NCBI GenBank assembly: GCA_963714095.1
Contig: OY970230.1
Coordinates: 388,740 to 452,739, forward strand
Origin: Candidatus Gottesmanbacteria bacterium
GTDB taxonomy: Bacteria > Patescibacteriota > Microgenomatia > UBA10105 > UBA927
Direction: 5' to 3'
Length of the DNA stretch: 64,000 nt
The notes beneath the pieces are model-generated. The model ran no database searches, was not told where the DNA came from, and saw only the letters and a program-made list of their open reading frames with translations. A program made the translations under genes and the position numbers. Positions 1 to 9,366 of this stretch are shown here, piece by piece (position 1 is the first letter of the stretch; each line of letters starts with the position of its first letter).

Positions 1-2
1 TA

Positions 3-245
3 CGCCGCGTTGAACGGCTTATCCGCCTTGCTAAAATAATTGAACCGACCCGCATAAAAATCTCTGACGGAACACAGGAATACGAATACGAAATAGTCGG
101 AGGGTTTGAATCGGACCCGGTCAAACATACAATTTCGCAGCAATCTCCGTTAGGCCGCGCAGTCGCAGGGAAAAAAACCGGTGATAGTATAGACGTGCAT
201 ACACCCAGCGGAATTAAAAAATATACAATTGTATCGATTTCTTAA
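3..245 (+). CDS. greA: Transcription elongation factor GreA, C-terminal part (5' truncated by window edge)
   Basis: Frame 3 reads ...YEYEIVGGFESDPVKHTISQQSPLGRAVAGKKTGDSIDVHTPSGIKKYTIVSIS*, the Gre C-terminal IS..SPLG.A..GKK.GD motif; not in ORF track. Confidence 0.9.
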   Translation, partial: RRVERLIRLAKIIEPTRIKISDGTQEYEYEIVGGFESDPVKHTISQQSPLGRAVAGKKTGDSIDVHTPSGIKKYTIVSIS

Positions 246-1042
246 TCCGGTAATCGAATCGTCCCTTTTTCCCGTTTAACCAAACCGTCTTTTACTAACC
301 CATCGATAATTGATGAAAGGAATTTTGATGGTTTATGAAACTTTTTCTGTAGATCAAGTTCACCTATATCTCCCACACGCAACATATCTATAATTCTCCC
401 GCGAAAATATCTATTGGTTTCTTTAAACGGAATTCCGTCGGATTTCCTTATTTTTTTTATTTTTAACTTCGGCATTTCGATAGCACCATAATCCATGAGT
501 GCCTGATGCCATTCCCAAGACATGCGCGCGGGCACTAGTTGATCTGCAACTTTCTGAATAACCGGGGGTTTTTGATCGATATCGTGAAAAAAGAAATGGA
601 TAATAATCTTCCGGATGTTTATATCGACTGCTGCAATATTTTGTTTAAATGCGAATACTAATAGTGCTCGAGCAGTATATGTACCCAAACCAGGTAGTTT
701 AACAAGCTCTTCTTCATTATCCGGAAATTCTGCGCCGAATTGCGTTGTAATTATTTCTGCAGTTTTTTTCAGATACAAAGCCCTGCGGTTATACCCCATC
801 CCCTTCCACATCCGAAGAATATCGGCGGTCGAAGCTTGAGCTAAATCTGAAACCGTTGGATACGCTTGAATGAACTCGGAATACTTAGGGATGACCCTAA
901 ATACCTGCGTCTGCTGGAGCATAACCTCGGAAACAAGAATCTTGTACGGATCGTGCGTGCGGCGCCACGACAAATCCCGTTTATTACGTTTCCACCAATC
1001 AAAAATCATATTTTGGAACGGAAGAATTTCTTTTTTCTCCAT
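242..1042 (-). CDS. mutY: A/G-specific adenine glycosylase (MutY-like HhH-GPD), lacking the Fe-S cluster motif
   Basis: LSWRRTHDPYKILVSEVMLQQTQV, WKGMGYNRRA, HhH LPGLGTYTA, VDINI; start taken at MEKKE. Confidence 0.85.
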   Translation of the reverse strand: MEKKEILPFQNMIFDWWKRNKRDLSWRRTHDPYKILVSEVMLQQTQVFRVIPKYSEFIQAYPTVSDLAQASTADILRMWKGMGYNRRALYLKKTAEIITTQFGAEFPDNEEELVKLPGLGTYTARALLVFAFKQNIAAVDINIRKIIIHFFFHDIDQKPPVIQKVADQLVPARMSWEWHQALMDYGAIEMPKLKIKKIRKSDGIPFKETNRYFRGRIIDMLRVGDIGELDLQKKFHKPSKFLSSIIDGLVKDGLVKREKGTIRLPD

Positions 1043-1071
1043 ACTTCGGCTCATTATAGTACAATAGGTAC

Positions 1072-1932
1072 ATGAAATCCGGTGTTGTTGCTCTTATCGG
1101 CCGGCCGAATGTCGGTAAATCCACGCTCCTTAATACCCTACTGGGACACAAGGTGTCCATTACCTCGCCAAAGCCGCAAACCACGCGGTTTAATATCCAG
1201 GCGGTTTATGAGGATGACCGCGGACAAATTATTTTCGTGGACACACCAGGAATATTCGCAAGGACCCCGGATACGCTTTCCAAACGGATCAATGCCCGTG
1301 CGGAAGAGTCTCTTGTGAGCGGCATAGACGTCGTTGTCTACATGGTGGACCATACGCGTGAGCGGGATACCGAGGAAAACAAGGCTCTGGGAATTGTCCG
1401 AAAATTTGATGGGCCGAAGATTCTCGTTATCAATAAAACCGATATCCATACACCGACTCACATCGTGCAGTATAAATTTTTGGAAGACGAATTTACGACG
1501 GTTATCATGCTCTCTGCCCTTGCGCACAAAAACACCAATATCCTTTTAACCACTCTTTTTGACCTCCTCCCTGAGGGAAAACAATTGGTAGACAGGGGCA
1601 CGCTCGCCCAACCGGCACTCAATATGGACAGTAAATTATTTATCTCAGAAATCATCCGCGAAAAAGCGTTCTTGTTCCTGCGGGATGAAGTCCCTTACAC
1701 TCTCGCGTCAACAGTCGATGAAATTATCGAACGGGATAACGGCGTTGTATATATAAAAGCGAAAATAATTACGAGTGCTGACCGGTATAAAGCGATGATC
1801 ATAGGAAAAGCCGGCGTAATGATTAAGGAAATAAGCCAGGCGGCACGAAAAGAATTGGAAACTGCGTCGAGTAAAAAAGTATATCTGGAATTAACAGTCG
1901 TCACCGACCCGCACTGGATGGAATACGTGTAA
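1072..1932 (+). CDS. era: GTPase Era
   Basis: GRPNVGKSTL, PQTTR, DTPG, NKTD, C-terminal KH domain IIGKAG. Confidence 0.97.
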   Translation: MKSGVVALIGRPNVGKSTLLNTLLGHKVSITSPKPQTTRFNIQAVYEDDRGQIIFVDTPGIFARTPDTLSKRINARAEESLVSGIDVVVYMVDHTRERDTEENKALGIVRKFDGPKILVINKTDIHTPTHIVQYKFLEDEFTTVIMLSALAHKNTNILLTTLFDLLPEGKQLVDRGTLAQPALNMDSKLFISEIIREKAFLFLRDEVPYTLASTVDEIIERDNGVVYIKAKIITSADRYKAMIIGKAGVMIKEISQAARKELETASSKKVYLELTVVTDPHWMEYV

Positions 1933-3304
1933 GCGTTTCCTCTTTCCCTAAAATTGCCATAGATTCCAGAAGCGGCGGGCCGACGGTTTTACCGGTGACG
2001 GCGACACGAAGTTCCATAAATACGTCCCCTGCTTTTAACTTCGCTGCGTCGGCCCCGTCGCGGATCGACTTTTCCATCGCGTCGTGAGTCCATGCACTCT
2101 CCGTAAGCGCTTTTCTTCCGATTGCAAGAATATTTTTTTTGAGCGGCCGCTCATACGCTTTCGGCCGTGCGAAGAAAAATCCTGCAAGCGAATCAAACTC
2201 CGATAAGAGTTTCATCCGGTCTTTCACAAGAGGAATAATTTTAGCAAGTAATTCTCTATCAAACTTTTTATCGGGATAAAAATCATGGAGAAGGGTCTGA
2301 ATGTCTTTATCTGATTTTATCCGCATGTACTCTCCGTTCATCCAACGCAATTTTTCGGCATCAAAAATAGGTGCTGTCGTCTGAATATTTTCCAGTTTAA
2401 ATTCATGAGTCATCTCTTCTACTGAAAATATATCGCGCCCACCCGGGAACGCCCACGCCATCGTGGCCAAATAGTTTTTAATCGCGTCCGGCAGGAACCC
2501 TTTTGCCTTATAATCCGATATCCATACGGGATTTTTACGTTTACTTAATTTACTGCGGTCGGGATTCCGAAGTACCGAAACGTGAGCAAATTTGGGCAAC
2601 TCCCACTCAAAAAATTTATATAGTAATATGTGCTTTGGGGTCGAAGAAATCCATTCTTCCCCGCGGATAATATGAGAAATTTTCATGATGTGATCATCAA
2701 CAACAACACCTAGGTGATACGTCGGAAATCCATCGGATTTTAAAAGCACCTGGTCATCAATCAATTTATTTTCAAAAGATATATCGCCGCGGATAATATC
2801 GTGAAACGCCGTAATACCGTCATCGGGAACGTTGAGCCTGATAACGTACTTCTCTCCTGACTCCACACGTTTTTTTGCATCTTTGACGCTGATTGTTTTA
2901 CACAGACCGTCATACATCGGAGGAAGATGCTTCGCCTCCTGATCTTTGCGCATAGCCGCCAGCCGCTCGGAAGCACAAAAACAATAGTATGCATGTCCCT
3001 TGGTAACCAGTTCTTCCGCATATTTTTTATACAACTCCAGCCGCTGTGACTGCCGGTACGGCGCAAAAGGGCCTCCGATATCCGGCCCCTCGGCGTAGGG
3101 AATCCCGAGCCACTTGAGTGACGCCAGTATCCGGTTTTCTGACCCTTTAACAAGCCGCGTGCGATCCGTATCTTCCACCCGAATAATAAACTGGCCGTTA
3201 TGAGCGCGGGCGAAGACGTAGTTTATAAGGGCCGTATATGCGTTACCGATGTGGAGGTCGAGGCCAGTCGGGGACGGAGCAATACGGGTTCGTACAACAC
3301 TCAT
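1901..3304 (-). CDS. gltX: Glutamate--tRNA ligase
   Basis: RTRIAPSPTG, HIGN, RVEDTD, KLSKR; start at MSVVRT. Confidence 0.97.
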   Translation of the reverse strand: MSVVRTRIAPSPTGLDLHIGNAYTALINYVFARAHNGQFIIRVEDTDRTRLVKGSENRILASLKWLGIPYAEGPDIGGPFAPYRQSQRLELYKKYAEELVTKGHAYYCFCASERLAAMRKDQEAKHLPPMYDGLCKTISVKDAKKRVESGEKYVIRLNVPDDGITAFHDIIRGDISFENKLIDDQVLLKSDGFPTYHLGVVVDDHIMKISHIIRGEEWISSTPKHILLYKFFEWELPKFAHVSVLRNPDRSKLSKRKNPVWISDYKAKGFLPDAIKNYLATMAWAFPGGRDIFSVEEMTHEFKLENIQTTAPIFDAEKLRWMNGEYMRIKSDKDIQTLLHDFYPDKKFDRELLAKIIPLVKDRMKLLSEFDSLAGFFFARPKAYERPLKKNILAIGRKALTESAWTHDAMEKSIRDGADAAKLKAGDVFMELRVAVTGKTVGPPLLESMAILGKEETLTRIPSSAGR

Positions 3305-3350
3305 ACTGTTGATTCTACCACGTCCGAACCGTATACTTAAATATATATCC

Positions 3351-4403
3351 ATGGCTACACTCACTGAAACTGCCTATTATGCCAGACGTACCGTTAATTG
3401 GGCGATCTTAGCCGTCATCGCATATATACTGCTTCGCATTTTTTGGAGTATTTTTATTGCGGTATTTTTACTTATCTTTCCACCAAAAGCCCCGCCCCCC
3501 AATCACCTTTTCGGAAAATTACCGGCGCTGGTATTTCCCGCTGCTGCAACCCCGTCAGCAAGACTAACCTTTCAATTACAAACCATTGAAGGAACAGTCC
3601 CCGCCGCTTCCGTATCGGCAACCGTCTATTTCATGCCAAAAACCGCTCCGAATCTCCTCGGACTCAATACAGCTCAAAGTTTTGCATCAAGTTTCGAATT
3701 TGACCCCACTCCGGTTCAGGAAAGTAAGAATATTTACCGGTTTAATGATCCTGCACTCCCTTTGAGGACACTCAGATATGACATAGTATCCAATAATTTT
3801 ATTATCCGTTATGCATTCGAGCAGGATCCCTCAATTTTTAGCGAAAAAAACCTCCCGTCACAGGAAGACGGCACAAACGAAGCAGTTAATTTATTACGGA
3901 TGCACAATATATATCCCGATGACATTGCGGGGGGGACAAATGAGATAACGGCTTTAAAACTCAACGGAACGCAACTGGTCACCACAACGAGTCTTTCGCA
4001 GGCAGACGCGGAACGAATAGATTTTTTCCGGAAACCCATCGGGGACACATCTGTGTTCACCCCGGACCCGAATCAAGCCCCGATATCTATCATTTTCAGC
4101 GGATCGTCCGACACAAAGAAACAGGTTATCCAATTGGCATATACATTCTGGCCGATAGATTATGAAACAACGGCAACATATGGGCTTAAAACCAGCGAGC
4201 AGGCATGGGAGGAATTGCAAAATGGAGGCGGATATATCGCCAGATATCCGACGAGCGGAAACCTTGCGGTGGTACGGAACGTCTATCTTGGCTACTACGA
4301 TTCATTGGATGCGCAAACGTACCTGCAGCCGATCTTTGTTTTTGACGGAGATAACGGTTTCCGCGCGTATGTCCCAGCTGTTGCTCCACCGTGGACGGAA
4401 TAG
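3351..4403 (+). CDS. Membrane-anchored hypothetical protein with large extracytoplasmic domain
   Basis: 350 aa ORF from MATLTETAYY, N-terminal hydrophobic segment, Pro-rich linker. Confidence 0.8.
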   Translation: MATLTETAYYARRTVNWAILAVIAYILLRIFWSIFIAVFLLIFPPKAPPPNHLFGKLPALVFPAAATPSARLTFQLQTIEGTVPAASVSATVYFMPKTAPNLLGLNTAQSFASSFEFDPTPVQESKNIYRFNDPALPLRTLRYDIVSNNFIIRYAFEQDPSIFSEKNLPSQEDGTNEAVNLLRMHNIYPDDIAGGTNEITALKLNGTQLVTTTSLSQADAERIDFFRKPIGDTSVFTPDPNQAPISIIFSGSSDTKKQVIQLAYTFWPIDYETTATYGLKTSEQAWEELQNGGGYIARYPTSGNLAVVRNVYLGYYDSLDAQTYLQPIFVFDGDNGFRAYVPAVAPPWTE

Positions 4404-5369
4404 TTAATGCGAGGGTCCCAAAACATTCCACTGATAATTTCCAAAAACCCAGTCGATCAGCTTTGATGTATCGCCAAAACGGTCCTGGCTGTGAAGAACT
4501 ACGGTAATTACCCTATGACCATTTCGCTCCACCAGGGTTATCAGGTTCTCCCCAGCCTCTTCCGTCCATCCTGTTTTGATCCCGCCCACACCCGGTATTT
4601 TACCCAACAATTCATTCACATTAGTCAAATGATGAAAGTAAATATGTGTCACGTCAGAAATGGTAATCTCCGGTATGGCCACCATCTTTGCGATCGTTTT
4701 ATTGTTGAGAGCGGCTTCACCCAATAAGGCTAAATCCATCGGCGTCATTTTATGATTCGGGTCATCGTACCCCACGGGATTAGTAAATGTACTGTGTGTG
4801 AGATGTAATTCTTTCGCCTTCGCGTTCATCGCTTCGACAAATTTCGGTTCTCCGCCGGGATAATAGTCTGCAAGCGCCCATGCGGCATCGTTACCTGAAT
4901 AAATAAGCGCCCCGTAGAGTAAATTTTCAACCGTGATCTGTTCACCCGGCACCAACCCCATAGACTGACCATCAATATTCATTTGCTTAATCGTCACCAC
5001 ATCATCAAGATTATAATTATCCAGTGCTACCAACGCAGTCAGAAGTTTCGTCGTAGAGGCGGGAGACAGTTCTTCGTTCTCATTGCGTTTATAAAGGTAT
5101 ACACCGGAATCTATATCTAAAACAACCACGCCGGTTGCAGTAATTTCCGATCCGGGATACACACCTGTTATATTCACGGGATACGGCGCCGGGGTGGGAA
5201 TTGCAATTGACCAAGGGGGCAATACGTGCTCTTCGGAGCCTCCGGCCATCAGATATATATTCTGCCCCGGAGATAACACAATAAAGATTGCTAACAATAG
5301 AAGAAATAAAATTTTCCCCCATGAGACTCGCCACCATGGGGTATGTTTACCGGATTTTTGCTTTGCCAT
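4404..5369 (-). CDS. D-alanyl-D-alanine carboxypeptidase (peptidase S11)
   Basis: PASTTK (SxxK), SGN (SxN) and KTG motifs; N-terminal TM. Confidence 0.93.
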   Translation of the reverse strand: MAKQKSGKHTPWWRVSWGKILFLLLLAIFIVLSPGQNIYLMAGGSEEHVLPPWSIAIPTPAPYPVNITGVYPGSEITATGVVVLDIDSGVYLYKRNENEELSPASTTKLLTALVALDNYNLDDVVTIKQMNIDGQSMGLVPGEQITVENLLYGALIYSGNDAAWALADYYPGGEPKFVEAMNAKAKELHLTHSTFTNPVGYDDPNHKMTPMDLALLGEAALNNKTIAKMVAIPEITISDVTHIYFHHLTNVNELLGKIPGVGGIKTGWTEEAGENLITLVERNGHRVITVVLHSQDRFGDTSKLIDWVFGNYQWNVLGPSH

Positions 5370-7172
5370 TTATTTTTGTTTTGAAAATTTACCCACAGTC
5401 GGATGCGCCACCTTCTCAAAATCTTTTTCTTTCATGCGGACTGATTTGGTATGCAAACCAGCATTAAATGCTATTTCATCATTATCTCTCATCGCCTCGT
5501 CCACATAGAGCGGAATACTAAAAATGTTGCCGAAAGGAGGCACGGCCCCGATTGGCACCCCCGTAATATTTTTTACTTCATCCGGTGACGCCATCCTGAG
5601 GTCGCGGATATCGAAAGCATTTTTAAACATTTTTGTATCTACTTTGAGATCAGCAGGAAGTGTCAGCATAACCGGTTTTTCGTCTGCAAACATCACCAGG
5701 GCCTTTGCCCCTTCATGGAGCGGCGTGTTGCGGATTTTCGCCGCCTCTTCCGATGTCTTCACCGGCTCGTGTTCATACGATTCAAAAATACACGAATTCT
5801 TTTTCAATAGAGCAGTAATCTGAGCAAATACTTCATCTCCCGTTATAGATTTGGTAACCTGCGAAAGTCTTTCATCAATCCGTTCCATATCTCTTGGGAA
5901 TATGCAGGCTTCGCGGATGTTGGGAAGCTGTAAAATCTGCATGGTTATCCGTTCCGCGCCGAACGCAAATCCCCCTTCCGGCGGCACCCCGTATTTAAAC
6001 GCTTCGAGAAACATGCTGATTTTGGCCGGATCCATGTTCCATTCTCTCACGTGACCCATTAGTTGATCAAAATCATTGATTCTCCGCCCGCCGGATAACC
6101 ATTCGATACCGCGGCACAGTAAATCCATTCCTTCGTTATATTCCGGATTTTCAGGGTTGGGGTACACATAAAACGGTTTCTTTTTTGTCGGATATCCGTA
6201 TACAAAGACAAAATCGCTCCCCGTTTCCTCTTTTATAATTTCCGAAAGTTCCCGCTCGTCTTCCGGGTTAAGATCTTTCTGGCCGCGCACATCACGATTC
6301 TTTTTTTCAAATATTTTTTGTTGTGCCTCCTGGAGGCTTATCGTAGGCGTCTTCTCTGTCATTTTCGGAAGCATTGCCGCAAATAACGCTAACTCCTTTT
6401 TACAATCTTTTGCAACAGAACGAAGAATATGGCGTACGACTGACTCTGCCATATCGCGTACATCCTTCCAGGAATCAATAAAACACATTTCCGCGTCCAG
6501 CGACACGACTTCCGTAAGATGCCTGGTCGTCACGGACGGTTCTGCGCGGAAAATTTTATTCACCGAAAATACGCGTTCAAATGCGCTCATGACAATTTGC
6601 TTATACAGCTGAGGACTTTGGGATAAGTACGCTTTATGACCGAAATAGTCTACTTCAAACACGTCTGCTCCCCCTTCGGCGACTGCCGGAACAATTGACG
6701 GAGCCTGAAATTCTATAAAGTCCTGCGATTTCAAATACTGCCGGAACGCATCAATGACAACTGCCTGAATCCGGAAAATCGCCTGCACTTTCGGGTGCCG
6801 CAGTGTCAGCGCCCGGTGGTCAAGTAATGTCGGGAGTTCCAAATTAAGCTCCTCTCCCCCCATATCAAACGGAAGTGGCGCGGCGCGGGCCAGAATTCTC
6901 ACCTCTTTTGCTTCCACTTCAATTGTACCCGTGGCTATTTTAGGATTCACCATAGTCTCGGGCCGAAGTTTAACCAACCCCACAATTTCTATGGCATATT
7001 CCGGCCGGACATCAGCAAGGGCCTTTGTTGAGATTATTTGCACAATACCGGTTCTATCCCGCAGATCCAAAAACATAATCTTCCCGTGATCCCTTCTGCT
7101 ATTGACCCATCCTTGAAGTTTTATTTCTTTACCGATGTGGTTAACTGTATCGCTGCTTAATATCCTGTTCAT
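5370..7172 (-). CDS. aspS: Aspartate--tRNA ligase (probably non-discriminating) fused to a C-terminal YbaK/ProX-family deacylase domain
   Basis: OB fold RRDHGKIMFLDLRD, YLSQSPQLYKQ, motif 2 FRAE..RHLTE, motif 3 GFAFGAER, FPRD; then GAKAL and GAVPPFG YbaK-family motifs. Confidence 0.92.
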   Translation of the reverse strand: MNRILSSDTVNHIGKEIKLQGWVNSRRDHGKIMFLDLRDRTGIVQIISTKALADVRPEYAIEIVGLVKLRPETMVNPKIATGTIEVEAKEVRILARAAPLPFDMGGEELNLELPTLLDHRALTLRHPKVQAIFRIQAVVIDAFRQYLKSQDFIEFQAPSIVPAVAEGGADVFEVDYFGHKAYLSQSPQLYKQIVMSAFERVFSVNKIFRAEPSVTTRHLTEVVSLDAEMCFIDSWKDVRDMAESVVRHILRSVAKDCKKELALFAAMLPKMTEKTPTISLQEAQQKIFEKKNRDVRGQKDLNPEDERELSEIIKEETGSDFVFVYGYPTKKKPFYVYPNPENPEYNEGMDLLCRGIEWLSGGRRINDFDQLMGHVREWNMDPAKISMFLEAFKYGVPPEGGFAFGAERITMQILQLPNIREACIFPRDMERIDERLSQVTKSITGDEVFAQITALLKKNSCIFESYEHEPVKTSEEAAKIRNTPLHEGAKALVMFADEKPVMLTLPADLKVDTKMFKNAFDIRDLRMASPDEVKNITGVPIGAVPPFGNIFSIPLYVDEAMRDNDEIAFNAGLHTKSVRMKEKDFEKVAHPTVGKFSKQK

Positions 7173-7200
7173 GCACTCATTGTACTTGCCTAAACGCCTA

Positions 7201-7229
7201 TTGACAAGATGGAGTCTTATTGGTAAACT
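7201..7229 (+). promoter_or_regulatory. Sigma70-type promoter
   Basis: TTGACA-17 nt-TAAACT. Confidence 0.75.
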
Positions 7230-7238
7230 CTCTTTTGT

Positions 7239-7316
7239 ATGTTTCAAACGCGCCAAATCAAATGTATTCGAGTTATTACCCTCCATCTTATTGGGGGAAG
7301 GTCGCGTGGTAGATAA
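7239..7316 (+). CDS. Putative attenuator leader peptide MFQTRQIKCIRVITLHLIGGRSRGR
   Basis: 25-codon uORF just after the promoter, Ile/Val/Leu cluster, overlaps an antiterminator arm. Confidence 0.6.
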   Translation: MFQTRQIKCIRVITLHLIGGRSRGR

Positions 7317-7343
7317 ATAAAAAGAAACTTTCAAAACCAAGCG

Positions 7344-7369
7344 ACCTCCCAAATATAGGGAGGTTTTTT
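7344..7369 (+). terminator. Intrinsic terminator of the attenuator
   Basis: ACCTCCC-aaatata-GGGAGGT followed by a T run. Confidence 0.75.
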
Positions 7370-7382
7370 ATGAGTAAATACT

Positions 7383-7748
7383 ATGTGTAATGTAGAATCA
7401 GCATATAAAAGACTCACAGGATTGAATCCTCGAAAAGATATTGAACCTCCGTTGCAGGGTGCAGCGCTCGTAAAATCGCTAAAGCAATTACGAAATCCAA
7501 TACCATCAGACGGGGAAATCTTTACAAGGAATACAATAGCACAATATGAAATACTCGAAACTGGAAACGCTTCAGGTGAACAATTTATGCTGGTAGGACG
7601 CCGATTTGAAGACGGTAGATTAGAAGCAACTTTTGTTTTTGGACACAGACTGCAACCTAACACGGTACTTGAAAACATAGATCTAATAGAAAAAGATCGC
7701 TGGGTACCATATACAGAAGAAAACAATAATAGCTTTAGTAGCTTCTAA
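7383..7748 (+). CDS. Hypothetical (orphan) protein
   Basis: 121 aa AT-rich ORF filling the gap between aspS and recJ; no recognised motif. Confidence 0.6.
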   Translation: MCNVESAYKRLTGLNPRKDIEPPLQGAALVKSLKQLRNPIPSDGEIFTRNTIAQYEILETGNASGEQFMLVGRRFEDGRLEATFVFGHRLQPNTVLENIDLIEKDRWVPYTEENNNSFSSF

Positions 7749-7749
7749 A

Positions 7750-9348
7750 TTATGGAATTTGAATATCTTTAATTTTTAATTGCAATTTTTTACTGCCATT
7801 CCAGACGTTCATGTCGATGGTATAGGCTATATCAATCACAGTGCCGTTCTTCAGTTTGGGAGACAAATTGCCCATCCCGAAAGCGATCGCGTCTATAGAA
7901 GACAGCCTCAATTTGAGGTGTTTGCCGTCTGCGCCGACCAACCTGGTCTCCGAAACGGTAACACCGTTTGATGCAAATACCGGCTCGGGGCTGCCGAAAC
8001 CAAAGGGTTCAAATTCCCGAAGTTTTTGCCACAATTCGCCCGTCACTGAAGTAATCGGAAGCTCCGTGTCAATTCTCAGTTCTCGGGTTAACAGTTCATC
8101 TGTCAGTTTTTTATCTGCAATTTTTTCCAATCGCATCTGTAACTCGGCGATATTTTTTGTTTCAACCGTAAAACCTGCCGCCATCGGGTGGCCGCCGACA
8201 TCAACCAGAAGGTCGCTGCAGCTTTTTATTGCCTCCACAATATTAAATCCCGTGATAGATCGCGCCGATCCTTTTGACACCGCTTCCCCGCGGGAAATGA
8301 CGATTGCCGGACGGTAGTATTCTTCGACTAACTTCCCGGCCACCAGACCGATAACCCCGGGATTATATGTTTCATGGGTTACGAATAATAATTTCGGCAA
8401 TCCCTCTTTTGAATGTTCTTTCACTATATTTTTCGCATGAAGTGATGTATCAATCGTCAACTGTTGGCGCTCTTTGTTGGTTAACCCGAGCGTCCGAGCC
8501 AAAACGACTGCCTTATCTTCCCTGTGTGTACACAACAGACGAAGTGCATCCATCGCATGAACGAGTCTGCCCATCGCGTTAAGTCTCGGGGCCAATACGT
8601 GAGAAATATCATACGGAGTAAGCTCACCCGCTACGACTCCGGCGTCACGCATCAAAGCCAGCAGCCCCACCCGCTTTGTTTTATTGAGCTCCAGCAGTCC
8701 GAATTTTACGATCGAACGGTTCGCGCCTGTAAGAGGCACGAGATCCGCAATGGTTCCGATTGCGGCAAGAGCAATATCGGGTGAACCAATCTCTTTTGAT
8801 ACAAACCAAGATACCCCTGCTCCGCAGAGCGCTGTCGTATGGACAATAGTACAATTCGGAAGTTTGTCAGGTTTTACATGGTGATCAGTGACAATAACGT
8901 CAATCCCCAATGATTTTGCATATTCAACGAATTTATACGCGGTAATTCCGTGGTCAACCGTAATAATGAGTGATGGATCATATTGCTGCCGCACCGCATC
9001 TATACCTTTAATAGATAACCCATACCCCTCCTCTACTCTATGGGGAATGTAGGGCATAACATTCCCCGCAATCGCGTGTATCGTCTCCCACATAATGGCC
9101 CCCGCAGTTATCCCGTCCGCGTCATAATCCGCATACACGACGATAGACTCTTTATTTTTTACGGCTTTACGAATTCTTGCAACGGCTTGTTTCAATGCGG
9201 TCTGATTTATACCCACGTCTTTTGACGTAAATTCCGAAGGGTCTTTTGGATGAAGAAAGTTCCCGCTATCCGTGATGTCTCTGTTTTTTAAAAGAACCGC
9301 AATAATATCGTCACTTGGTTTATGTAAAATTTTCCACTTCTTCCCCAT
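7750..9348 (-). CDS. recJ: ssDNA-specific exonuclease RecJ
   Basis: DYDADG, EGYG, TVDHG, TDHH, PRLNAMGR, GSARS, GGHPMAAG. Confidence 0.97.
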   Translation of the reverse strand: MGKKWKILHKPSDDIIAVLLKNRDITDSGNFLHPKDPSEFTSKDVGINQTALKQAVARIRKAVKNKESIVVYADYDADGITAGAIMWETIHAIAGNVMPYIPHRVEEGYGLSIKGIDAVRQQYDPSLIITVDHGITAYKFVEYAKSLGIDVIVTDHHVKPDKLPNCTIVHTTALCGAGVSWFVSKEIGSPDIALAAIGTIADLVPLTGANRSIVKFGLLELNKTKRVGLLALMRDAGVVAGELTPYDISHVLAPRLNAMGRLVHAMDALRLLCTHREDKAVVLARTLGLTNKERQQLTIDTSLHAKNIVKEHSKEGLPKLLFVTHETYNPGVIGLVAGKLVEEYYRPAIVISRGEAVSKGSARSITGFNIVEAIKSCSDLLVDVGGHPMAAGFTVETKNIAELQMRLEKIADKKLTDELLTRELRIDTELPITSVTGELWQKLREFEPFGFGSPEPVFASNGVTVSETRLVGADGKHLKLRLSSIDAIAFGMGNLSPKLKNGTVIDIAYTIDMNVWNGSKKLQLKIKDIQIP

Positions 9349-9366
9349 ACACGCTATAATACCAGT

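Noticed and set aside
7173-7352. Long N-terminal extensions in the ORF track (aspS, and likewise gltX, rplC, rpoB, secY, recX, hup)
   Set aside because: Homology begins at downstream Met codons, several of them preceded by -10 or SD signals; the extensions run through promoters, leaders or tRNA.
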